Shown piece after piece: positions 13,327-24,120 of a stretch of DNA of 64,000 bases. The DNA is from Utricularia gibba (Eukaryota; Plantae; Magnoliophyta), in contig NEEC01000004.1 of NCBI GenBank assembly GCA_002189035.1, positions 2,232,001 to 2,296,000 on the forward strand. Reading direction: 5' to 3'. A model generated the notes under the pieces. The model made no database searches, had not been told where the DNA came from, and was given only the letters and a program-made list of their open reading frames with translations. How positions within the stretch are numbered: the stretch's first letter is position 1; every line of letters begins with the position of its first letter. Both the position numbers and the translations under genes were made by a program.

Positions 13327-13780
13327 GCCACAGTAATTGGTTTGCAGAAGCAACCGACAATCCTAAATCCTGTCTGTCTGACAATAAACCCTAGCTTAGA
13401 TTGCCTCTAAGAAAACCCACCGAGGTTTGATACCAGTTCCCAGTTCTAATCTGTCGTCGGAGGGAAATAGAGGAGAATGAGCCACAGGGAAAGACGATGT
13501 GGATGACAAGTTCATAGAAAGCCCATGGGCTTTTGTGCACCAAGCTCAAAAATTAAGCCACGGGCTTTCTGCACTAGGTCCAAATGTGCGCGTAAATTGG
13601 AAGAATAGGAACGAGTTGACCTAATTGACTCATATTAAATAATAAGCCCGCTATTGTTTTCTTTATTCGTATGAAAAAAATACTACCGGAGAATTGCGGC
13701 TCCGCATTAGAACAGATTTTTTTATTTTTGGGGATCTTTGTACGAGTCGCGCGCTTCTCCAGGGAGGGATAGCAGTGGAG
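13327..13780. promoter_or_regulatory. Bidirectional promoter and 5' UTRs shared by SMU1 and the small membrane-protein gene; site II elements and telo-box
   Basis: Start codons 455 bp apart, head to head; AAAGCCCATGGGCTTT palindrome 13518-13533; further GGGCT/AGCCC motifs near 13562 and 13646; AAACCCTAG near 13387. Confidence 0.65.
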
Positions 13781-15009
13781 ATGAACGAATTCTCAAGTTT
13801 CATCTTTCTGCGGATCCGTATATGCCTTGTTTCTGTTTGTCTTCTGCTAATTCCGGGTATCTGTCTTTTTTCTGAATTTCAATTTCTCGTGCGCCTCAAG
13901 AATGCGTCTTTTCCCAAAGGGTGTAATTTGTGTGTGGGTGGCTTCAATGGGAATTCGGGATCCGCTGATTTAATCAGATAACCCTGAATTGGGGCCGAGC
14001 TCTGTGATTTGTAAAATAATTGAAAAACCAAAACCGTCTGAATTAATGATGAATGCGTACTTTTTGGACATTTCTTAACCGTCCATGATCTTGCGGGTGA
14101 TTTAGAAATCTGGCCGCTGTCATCGGACTGTGTGAGAATAAATGATCTTGCAGTAGTGAAGGTTCAACCTACCTCCCTGTATTGCAATGATGACCTTCTA
14201 TGTTCTGGTGTTCCTGCTATTGTGGCTACGTAAATTCTAGGTTAATTTTGTTGAAACTGATGTATTAGGAGAAGAACTGTGATCATTATTAGATACAAGG
14301 ATCTGGATGTGCTATATATGTTGTGTTCTTCTCATGAGTATTAGCCAACATCTTGGTATCCCATCTCGTTACTTAGCTATTTTTCTTGCCAAACCTTGAT
14401 TTCTGGATTCAATCATGGAGGTTGATGGCCAGTCCATAAAGCTTTGGATAAAGAATGAGTGGGTTATGTTTAGCTGTAATGCTATAAGAATGAGTATTTC
14501 TAGCTATAGCTGAACTACATACAAAACAAACGCGTGATGATAAACACATAGAGTTGGAGGTTCAAAATCCGACATAGGAGGGAGTGCTTATGGGTGCAGG
14601 CTGTTGCGATCCCCTGGTGCATTATGCACTTTAGTTGGATGAAGATGAAAAGATGGGTTATGTTTAGCCTTGGTGCTTGTGAAGTATCTCATACATGGAG
14701 ACTGAGATGTATCACTATTTTCTGCTTTGATGCCTTTGCCTCCCTCAACGACTATTAAATGTTTTTGTCTTCACTTTTCCCGTAGGATCGGCAGATGAGT
14801 CATCAACATCAAGCCCCACCAAGTCTCCAAGAGGCTTGAGCGTGCTGGGAATCCTCCTTGTATGTTTCGGGATCTTGGCCTTGTCGGGGCTCACGTTTTT
14901 CTTGTATAAGCTCTGGCTGAAAAGGAAAAGAGAGGAGCAGTATGCTCGTCTGCTGAAGCTGTTTGAACAGGACGATGAACTTGAATTGGAACTGGGTATT
15001 CGGGAATGA
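13781..15009 (+). CDS. 99-aa protein with signal peptide and one transmembrane helix; 2 exons (13781-13856, 14786-15009)
   Basis: MNEFSSFIFLRIRICLVSVCLLLIPG|SADESSTSSPTK..LGILLVCFGILALSGLTFFLYKLWLKRKREEQYARLLKLFEQDDELELELGIRE*. The C-terminus matches a recalled conserved plant motif KKREEQYARLLKLFEEDDELE.ELG. Confidence 0.85.
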
Positions 15010-15590
15010 ATTGCAAGTCCCCTCAGCATCGCCTTAGATATCACTTGTATCTTTAGTTATTTTGTCAAGCCTCCAACAGCCATCCGCGTGGCGTGGGCCT
15101 AAAGCATGTGTTTGGGCCTTAACCCAAAATATTCCCTGAAGCCTGTATTATTATGGGCCGTGCGGAAACCATCGATTTGGAGGTTTTGTCCATTTTTATG
15201 ACTGCATATATACAGATAATATTGGTTGGAATTGTGTTTGCCAACAGTATCTTCATCATAACTTATTAACATACAATACACTACTTTGAAAAAAAGACTT
15301 GAGGCTTCAATTTCTAAACTTCCATCATTTATGCAAGAGGTTGCATTTTATCATGCTTTTTGAACATCCAAGTCATGCATTTATATGCATCGTTCGAGCC
15401 GTCTAGTTATATTGATTCATGATGCTCACGAAATTCAAACTCTCTTTACCTAAGATGTACCTTCTGGCCATTGTTCCCAGCAGGTAACACAACAGATATG
15501 CACACACCTGACCGCTAACTGAATTAGACTACTATCTGGATCAACTGACTAGCCTGCATACAGACCGAAGAACGCCTGTTTTGATCAGCT

Positions 15591-16664
15591 TCAGCGAGAT
15601 GATGATGTGGAGTTGAGCTGCTGAGCTAGATACCCCAGATGCCAAGACAGTGACAGCAGAGTCACAACATTAAGCGTTGAGGAGTAGGTGTTCAGTTTCC
15701 TCAGACTATCACTCTCCTTCAGCACCTGCCCTCTTGAAACTTTAACTGGAGTTTCTTCCTTCTCCTTCCTTAGTCGCTCCATCATCGCCTTCATGCACAC
15801 AAAACGGTGGTCACACTCTGTGACGAATCTCACAAATGAGAATAATAGAAGAAATGAGTTTCAAGATCAAACCTTTGTTGCAAGAGGCTCGAAGAACAAC
15901 AAGTTGACCATGATCATTGCAAATGAGGCCACGAGGTTGTAACCTTGGAGCTTGTCTCTGATCCTCTGGTTCATCACGTGACCAACCAAACCCAATCCAA
16001 GACCGCAGCCCATGGCTTTGAAATAAACAGGGTAAATCTTTGTCTGAACTTGGGCAAATTGTTGTCGTGGTAGTGCTTTTGCTAGGACATAACTTGAAGC
16101 AAATGTGATCCAAATGCACATTCCATAAGCTGCTGAGAAACCCAGTAAACTCATCGCCGCAGTGAAGGGACCTGTTCCCTCTGCCGCGTACTCGTAGACG
16201 TCGATTGCTAGCTCTTTCCCTTGGTGAAGAAGATGTCTCAGTTCCTTTCTCCCCTTCTTCTCAATCGTTTCTGCTGTTTCCTTCGCCTTTTCTTCGACTT
16301 GATCCCTCATTTCAGCGGCTTTACTTGAAACTGCAGAAACATTGTCAACTGCATCGGAGACTTTGTCTTCGACTCTGGATTTGGTCTTCCCCACGGCGGA
16401 GGAGAATGCAGCTCTGCATTTACCAAACGCATCACACACCAGTTCTCTCGGATTTATCGACGACAAAGAGGGAATACGATGCTGATGATCTTGTTTCGGG
16501 GCTTCTTCTGGAGAAATGGAGATTTTTGTGGATGGTTCATCGTTTTCGTACTCGACGACTACAACTCTGTGGCCGTGTTTGACGACAACACCATCATCAT
16601 CGGCGGTGAGAATCCCTGCAGCCAAAACAGAGGTGAGGACGACAAAAAGAGCAGCAACATTCAT
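15591..16664 (-). CDS. LEA-associated / DUF4149 (TMEM205-like) membrane protein, 329 aa, 2 exons (16664-15873, 15788-15591)
   Basis: MNVAALFVVLTSVLAAG..VVVKHGHRVVVVEY, charged K/E/A-rich middle, WITFASSYVLAKALPRQQFAQVQTKIYPVYF (DUF4149-like), LRKLNTYSSTLNVVTLLSLSWHLGYLAQQL; resembles recalled At1g72100. Confidence 0.85.
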
Positions 16665-16779
16665 CGATTCTGTCCGTGTCTCCGATGTGAAGCAGACGGA
16701 ATGAAGCAATGGCAACACACACTTGAGATGCGGTCGCTTATGCTGGCATTGAGCTTGAGGTAGTTGGTCATGTGCCGGA

Positions 16780-16830
16780 CACGTGTTCAACACGTGGCGC
16801 TTCGCATGTTGCCAGGGGACTCCACGCGTC
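16780..16830. promoter_or_regulatory. ABA-response complex: two ABRE/G-boxes plus a CE3-like element
   Basis: CACGTG at 16780-16785 (GACACGTGT) and 16791-16796 (CACGTGGC); CCACGCGTC at 16822-16830; 115-165 bp upstream of the LEA-like ATG. Confidence 0.7.
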
Positions 16831-17018
16831 GGACGCCTAACTTTACGAAAAGCCTTCCTTCCCGAAACAAAAATCTTTCAATCCATCGAGGTAACTATCC
16901 TTCTTCATCGTGGTTATCCGAGAATCGATTCTCGCAAGTTTACCATCTGTTTGGAGTACAACTTTCATCTATTTTTCGATCTGCATTTCAATTGTTTTGA
17001 TCTGAATCCGCTTCACGT

Positions 17019-17456
17019 ATGGACCCCTTTCCGGGACAGAGAGGCAGGCATTCAGATATGTGGCACAGCGGAGAACCAGGCGCAGCAAATCGTGAAGGCT
17101 GCTAAGGGTTGCAGTCGCATTTCCACATTTCTGATCGACCTAAACAACATCTTACCGATTTCAATTGTTTTTCAGTGAAAAACTCCGAGGCTGAGACAGG
17201 CAAAGAACGACGCAGCCGAGAGAGAGGCTGCAAATTTCCGATCGCATCGTGAATCCGAGTACCAAAAGTACATCTTCGAGGTTTGCTCTAGATCACCAAA
17301 ACTTGCGCCGTACCATTTTGCATCAGTGAATAGAGTAGCGGGAACTCCGATACGACGGTGAAGAGGCTTGAAGCGGAAACGGAATCGGAAGTAGTGTCTC
17401 TGATAGTCAAATGCACCACGGCGGTGAGAACCTTACTCCAACATACAAGTTGCTGA
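17019..17456 (+). pseudogene. VHA-G: V-type H+-ATPase subunit G pseudogene, 3 exons
   Basis: MDPFPGQRG / IQICGTAENQAQQIVKAAK..RLRQAKNDAAEREAANFRSHRESEYQKYIFE|SSGNSDTTVKRLEAETE..SEVVSLIVKCTTAVR. An AGGC duplication at 17042-17049 shifts frame; a probable extra A lies near 17179-17183; an internal deletion removes sequence in exon 3. Confidence 0.85.
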
Positions 17457-17895
17457 TTGGTATTAGGTGATGCCTATTTATCTATTCATTGCAAGAGGTT
17501 AGTATTTAACGGTTACCATGCTTGGCTATGGGGGTGACTACTGAATACCATAGAACAAATAACAAATATGCCGTGCCTTTGTTAGGTTGGTAACGGAACT
17601 GTTTCCCTGCACGAAACCCATGTTTTATTCCTTTGTTGCGTATAGAAGCGGGAAGATGAAGGTGCACATGGGACCTTGACCGGCCTGGGTTCATTGAAAC
17701 CAACCAACTTGTTCCCTATCAAAATTGCTTTACCGTGATATTTCTTTTTGCAGGTGGGAGATCAGTTTCCTCAAGATGCTAAGGGGATAACGAGCACAAG
17801 TGGTTAAACTAACAGATTTTAAAGCATGGTTTGGAGTTGATGGAAGGGTAAGCAAATCCATTTTGGCGGATTCTCTCTCAATTGCCGAATACAAA

Positions 17896-17916
17896 CTAGA
17901 TTCACGCACAAACAAA
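17896..17916. ncRNA. miR403-like 18-mer (degenerate MIR403 arm on +, or miR403-complementary site on -); no hairpin partner found
   Basis: CTAGATTCACGCACAAACAAA versus recalled miR403 UUAGAUUCACGCACAAACUCG: 17 contiguous identities (17897-17913). Confidence 0.35.
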
Positions 17917-18199
17917 ATGTTGGATATCATCTTCAAAAGCACACAAAGAGGCGCCAACCCGCTTATCTGTTAAAGTGTACCTACCGACCAAATCTTTGGC
18001 CCTCCTCCATCCATTGTGTTGTTTCCCGTGCTCCCCCTCGGCAATTTGGGATGTCCATATCGTATCTTGATGCATGCATCTGTCCGTCTATTTATCCATC
18101 CATTTCTATATTTTTTCCGTATCATTTGTGACTGTGTACTTGTGTGATCAAGAAATCATCTCTGACATTCAGCAGCAAAGTGAAGGAAGAGACCCAATA

Positions 18200-19060
18200 A
18201 TGGGGAGGTCCCTTGCTGCGATAAGGGTCACACTAACAAAGGTGCTTGGACTAGGGAAGAAGACCAGCGACTCATAAGTTACATCGGAGCTCATGGTCAG
18301 GGAAACTGGCGTTCACTCCCAAAAGCTGCTGGTATGGGCTCAAGTTTTCAATTTTCACCTCGTGTTTGTGTGGGCTTTTGATTGTTACTGGGTGAAAAAT
18401 GCTAGGATTGCTGAGATGTGGGAAGAGTTGCAGGTTGAGATGGATAAATTACTTGAGACCTGATCTTAAAAGAGGCAAGTTTAGTGAACAAGAAGTTGAT
18501 GTAATCCTTAAACTTCACAAACTCCTGGGTAACAGGTAGATATATATCCAAAGCCTTTTCTGTTTCTAGTAGAGCTGTTTTGCAAATCCATATTAACGTG
18601 TGATCCCATTGAGCTGCAGATGGTCTTTGATAGCTGCGAGATTACCCGGAAGAACAGACAACGAGATCAAAAACTACTGGAACACACATCTCAAACGCAA
18701 GCTTGTCACCGGTGGTGTAGATCCCAAAACCATCGCCCGTTAATCTCCGCCACCGCGTCCAAGACATCAATCGACTCACAGTATTCGAATCCACAAACCC
18801 AAAGACCGAATCAACGGGAACCCATCACCACTACTTCCATCCATTCCCAGCCTCCGCCGCCGGTTCTGGATTTGGAGTTGTCAATAGGGTTGCCGTCCCC
18901 GGCGAAGGGAGCAGCGCCGATTTCGGAAAAGACCTACTCATTTGACCGTCCTTTTGAGCCGTCTACAGCAGCGTCAGACGCTTGCTTGCTGGATTTACGG
19001 GCGTGCCGAACCTGCGTCAATTGCCATTGTAGCTCAAACGGCTTACCCACGCGCTGTTGA
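18200..19060 (+). pseudogene. R2R3-MYB subgroup 4 repressor (MYB4/MYB32/MYB308-like) with two -1 frameshifts; pseudogene or assembly error
   Basis: Exons 18200-18331 (132 nt; typically 133), 18406-18535 (130 nt), 18620-19060. Restored protein MGRS(P)[60 protein letters not shown](H)RPL..VLDLELSIG (EAR)..CRTCVNCHC. One C missing at 18210-18212 and one at 18730-18731. Confidence 0.85.
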
Positions 19061-20829
19061 TTAAATTGTTATGTATTTTCAAAATTTTATATTTGTGGAA
19101 GGACAGGCATGAAGCCAACTGGAAAATATATTCGGGCTACCATTATTACTATTACAAGTACTCGTGATTTCAGGTAATGTATGCCATAGAAAAACATATT
19201 CGTCATTTTGTCATATTTATGTTATGATTTATTTTTATTGGGTAGAGCTTGATCACAATATTTTAAATTACAGTTAATATAAAAAATTTAATTATTAAAT
19301 TTCAAAATTATATCATACGTATCTTAATTTATTTTTTCGTAAATAATTTACCCCCAAACATATAAAATTATATAATTAACTTCCCATGTTATCAAAATTA
19401 ATCAATTTAATTATAATGTCATTATAATATAATACAATAAATAATATAAATATGAGACGTGAATACAATATAATTATTATCAATTTGAATCATACGAGAC
19501 ACAAACATAATATAATTCTTATATGGATATCATTCGATTCAATGAATTTCAGACATGAATGCAAAAACTCAAACACAAAATTTTGTTAGATTTAATACTA
19601 GAGACGGTTACGGCACTATAAGCCATTTCACTTTTTAAAAATTTTGAAAAATATTTGGGTCTTTATTATACGGCTTTGAAAAACTAAGATTTTTTTACAA
19701 TTTAACATTGAGAGTTAAACTTTTTATATTGACCGAAATTGGAATTGTTCTTGTAATTTTCTCATTTTTTTTAAAAATATTATCACACTTTTAGGACATA
19801 TTTGTAAATGAAAAAACATACCTAAAGTTGGAGGAGAGGATACTTTAGTGTAGTGTAGGATTTACACAAATTAATTAATCAAGAGATATCCAAACTAAGT
19901 CATTTATTATTTTCTTATATATTAAAAAAAATTAATACTAAAGATAATCATTTTTTATGTTATATTATATATGATTAGTTTTCACATCCATTAACAACTA
20001 TTTGAAAACAAAAATGATAACATATGAGTGTGCGCATATACTAAAAATATATGTCATATTTAGTATGACTAAAATAATCTACAATTGTCTAATTCACTTG
20101 TACTTGTTTATATAAACACACAATCTAAAAATTATTACAAAATAAAAAAATAAGTGGATTTTATTTGTGACAATCAATTCTTATTAGATCTTCCAGATTT
20201 CTATCCGTCCAAATCAATTAATCTTTTTTCCATATCATATTTTCTATGTTCCACATCATACTTATTTTAATTAAAATGTAATATTAAATATTACACATCA
20301 TCTTTCCATTCATTTTTACATTGGTGTTGGGAAATTTGATTATTTAATACTTAACATTTATTCAGTTTTACATTATTTATTATTTAAAAATACAACAACC
20401 ATACAACATCAAAAACAATTTAATATGAGACACTTTAAATTAATCAAACTTAGCCCAAATGTGATCTATCGAATCTACCTTGAATTGTCTGTGCAACTTT
20501 TTTCTCTGAATTTTATAACTCTACCAAGATAGTTTTAAAAAATATGAACATTTTGTTTCAAAAGATCGGACAGTTGTCCAACATTAATTTAATAGGTATT
20601 GTAGTCAGAAGTATTTTAGGTTACCAACCCACACCCATATAAGGTGATGTTACAGGTTATGGTAACCTTATTTGTATCGCATCTAAAAAACATATAAATG
20701 ATTGAAAATAGTAGTTTACAATCCAAATCTCATTACAATATCATTAAAGTCATAAAAGTTATAAACAACAATAATTAAAAATTCGAGAAATCACAAAAGA
20801 TCTAAATCATCACTAAAATCAACAAGTGG

Positions 20830-22532
20830 CTCCTCAGAGTTGCCATGGGATGTCGATCTAGGCTAATTTGCAGGTCCATCCTCAGTGTTTGATGAAGGCT
20901 TATCAGGAATAGAACCTGAAGCAATCATACCAGATAATTCACGGCTACATGTCTCACTGTACAACTTCTTCTAGAAGTCATTTATTTTTGACATATCCAT
21001 ATCGATCAGTAGCCTCAACTCATGTGCGGAGTTGACTAAAACCTATGCATTGTTAACATATATATGTTGATGAAACAGGTTATTGTGTCTAGCCATCTCC
21101 AATCTATATTCATCTAATTTATCAGTCAAAAGTTCCACTGCAGGTCTTTTCTCTTCAGAAATGCCTCTCGAAGGACTACCTCGAAGTAGACGTTTTTTTA
21201 GCACTCTTTTGACCAATAAGATGCTCCACAGTTGGAGCCTCTAAATCTTCTCTTTCTTTCATGTTTGGAGCCATAGCTGATTGTAACGATGAGGAATTTG
21301 ATGTTGTGTTTACTTTCTTTTTCTTCTTTCTTGTATTGTTTATATCATGTATAGAGTATCAAACAATAAATTACTAGAATTAATGGTTAGATATAATACA
21401 AGATAAAAAGTTTACTGTTCTCCACTTTGATTGATCACGCAATATCTTCCAAGCCTTCAAATACACGAAAGGTTTGCGAAATACCTCATATTGCTTCAAA
21501 GCCATGTCCATTAAATCATTGTTATTGTGACCGTTAGGATGCTTGCATTCAATACTATCATATATGTTAGAAAAATGCTACACATCTGCATTTAACTTTT
21601 CTCATTTCTTCTTTAATGTTTCAGAATATTGAAACGTTGTATTGCTAGTGTTGATCTTCATTGCATTACAATAGAAGTAAGCTATAACTTTTCAAAAAGA
21701 TTCTTTTTTTTGAAAGTTGCCAGAAATTGAACTAACATAAGTGTTTAACCAAGTTGAAACCAAAATAATAATTTCTTCATCAATACTCCTGTCATCGAAC
21801 TTATTGTGCCTACTTGAAAAAAATGCAAAATATATATAAACAATGACATTTTATTGAAATATCATTTCATTCAAATTACTGATTAAACTGCAAATATCCC
21901 AAATTAACACATAAATAAATCAACTTAATTCCAAGTAAACAAATTCAGACCAATAAACCAACATTCAGAAAATTAGAAGAGCTTTGCCCTAAAAATAATG
22001 ATAAATGAAAAAAAAATTTAAAGAAAATGCATGATATGATTTCTAAAAAATAATTCTACATTATGTTTAGTTGTTCTAATAATTCTAGTAGTATAAAAAA
22101 ATATAAATAATTTACATATAGCAGTAAAATTACTTCACAAACACAAATTAGACAAATATAATAAATTCTATTAGATTTAAGATTTTAAAAAAGCAAATAC
22201 ATAACTTATGATCCCAAAATTAGCATCAATAAATAAATTAACCATACTCACACCTCCAAAGTACTTATGGGCAAGATTTTATGAAATTCGAAAACCTATT
22301 TCTTACCCTCGAAGGAATTTGACACAGCTGCAGAAGTAAGATGGAAAGAAGATGGAGAAAATGAATTAGGTTTAGACATACAGTAGTTTTTGTCCATAGA
22401 AATGAAAGGGCTGAGAACTTATTTTTTTCAGACATTTATTATCATCACATTGGTGAGCAGACCAATAATAATGATGGACAAAGGTGATCTGGGCACCACA
22501 TCAGATTTGGACGCCCACAAATGGAGAATCTC
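20830..22532 (-). mobile_element. Degenerate Pong/PIF-Harbinger ORF1 (Myb/SANT, NAM-associated) remnant
   Basis: Minus strand near 21420-21600 reads KHPNGHNNNDLMDMALKQYEVFRKPFVYLKAWKILRDQSKW, like the Pong ORF1 motif SG.N..D....A...Y....KPF...CW.IL...KW. Possible decayed TIR ATGGAGAATCTC plus TTA at 22521-22535. Boundaries approximate. Confidence 0.65.
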
Positions 22533-23049
22533 TTAGATAAGATGATGGATTTTAATTTTAAAACTCGTTAATCATTGTATCCTTCAATATTTATATTTAT
22601 TAACTAATATTTTAATCACTTTTATTAAAAAATTCATCTTATCCATCACAACCTTTGACCCTTTTGACTTTGAGATTTCACATCTTCTTGACAAATTTTT
22701 TTTATTCAATCAATTTTTTAAAGATTGTGTTGTTATTCACTCCATATAAGTTGGGTATTTTTGGTATGCATTCTACTAGATCTTGTTTTTATTTTGATTT
22801 AAATGCACTTCTATAAAATTATATTTTTAGATTGAGCAAAAGAAAATTTCTTTTTTTTCATGATTTTTAGAATATATATTTTTCATTTCTATGAATGTAA
22901 TTTATGATTGAAAATTTCATTTATTTTAATTTTGAAAATTAAGTATATCATGTCAATTATAAATGAAAAAGTTATTAAGAAGATTGATATTAAATATATT
23001 CATGGTTCTATATTCAAATCATTTAAAAAACGATCATTTTGTAAGTCAA

Positions 23050-24120
23050 GTAATTCTTGGACAAAAAAGAAGAAATAATGTTATATATAAAAGTATAATA
23101 TTCAAAATTATTAATAGTAGAAGATTTTTTTAAAATGTGGTATCATTTGATGAAATTCTTGTTCAAGATACAAATGATGTAGAAAAATTCAAATTAAAAT
23201 CATATTGTAATTAATGTGAATAATCAAGTAATATGATTTATAATTTGAATGAACCATCTTTTAAGTATACTTATAAATAAGTTAATAAAAAACAAAAAGT
23301 ATTATCTTTTGAAACTTCAAAAGAAAGATCTTTTATATTAAATTTTTATCAAGTTTTTTCTCCAAAAAACTGTAAAAAATTATTGATTAAACTGATTTTT
23401 TTTTTATGAATGTTCTTTTATAGTTGTTAAAAATTTACGATTCTCTTAATTTTGTTTATAGTTTACATCCAAAATTTAAAATTTTTAGTTATTTAATGAT
23501 TGTTAGATATTATCTCAATCTTCATTTGAAGGAGAAGAAAATACTCAAATAAAGTCATGAGATTAGAAAGATTATGTCATACTATAGACACATAGATATC
23601 TAAATAGAATATGAACTACATGTTTGTTATTGTATATTATATTGGTAACGATTTTGATTTACAGAAGAAAATTCTTATATTATTCCAAATAACAAAGGCA
23701 AGATAATTTGTAAAATGATTGAGTGATATTTGTTAGAATGGGAAATTGATAATCTACTTACAATGACAATGATAATATAAATTTTAATGATGTTGCTATA
23801 AGATACCTCCAAGATAAAATGAAGAATTAGAAAAATATAGTTTTTAATAATGATTTGAAATTGTATAATGCATCAATTTTGAAAATTATAAATGTTATTC
23901 GATATGTATGATCTTCTATATCTGGACTTTGAACTTTTAATATGTATCCATTGAAAAAATTGAAAGTAAAAAGCATTAGACAGAATTCCATTTATTTTAT
24001 ATTATCAAATATTTTAATTTTAAAAATATTAGGGATTGATTGAGATCAAATTTGAATATGACATAATTAACTCTAATTGTACTTGCTGAAACACATACAA
24101 AACACTCATAATTATTCAAG
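23050..24120 (+). mobile_element. Heavily eroded hAT (Ac/Tam3-type) transposase remnant
   Basis: Near 23580-23800 reads HTIDT*ISK*NMNYMFVIVYYIGNDFDLQKKIL..LLEWEIDN..NDVAIRYL, matching hAT core SLTTD.WTS..NMNYM.VTAHYID.DW.LQKKIL..EWGI...NDVAI.YL; many stops. Confidence 0.7.

Noticed and set aside
16205-16763. Plus-strand ORFs of 125, 94 and 62 aa
   Set aside because: Antisense shadows of the LEA/DUF4149 exon; no independent evidence
16665-16793. In-frame N-terminal extension of the LEA-like ORF
   Set aside because: Starts at GTG inside the ABRE elements; the ATG at 16664 gives a normal signal-like N-terminus
17506-17957. Minus-strand ORFs as a possible AGO2 remnant explaining the miR403 site
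   Set aside because: No similarity to the PIWI or AGO C-terminal motifs I recall
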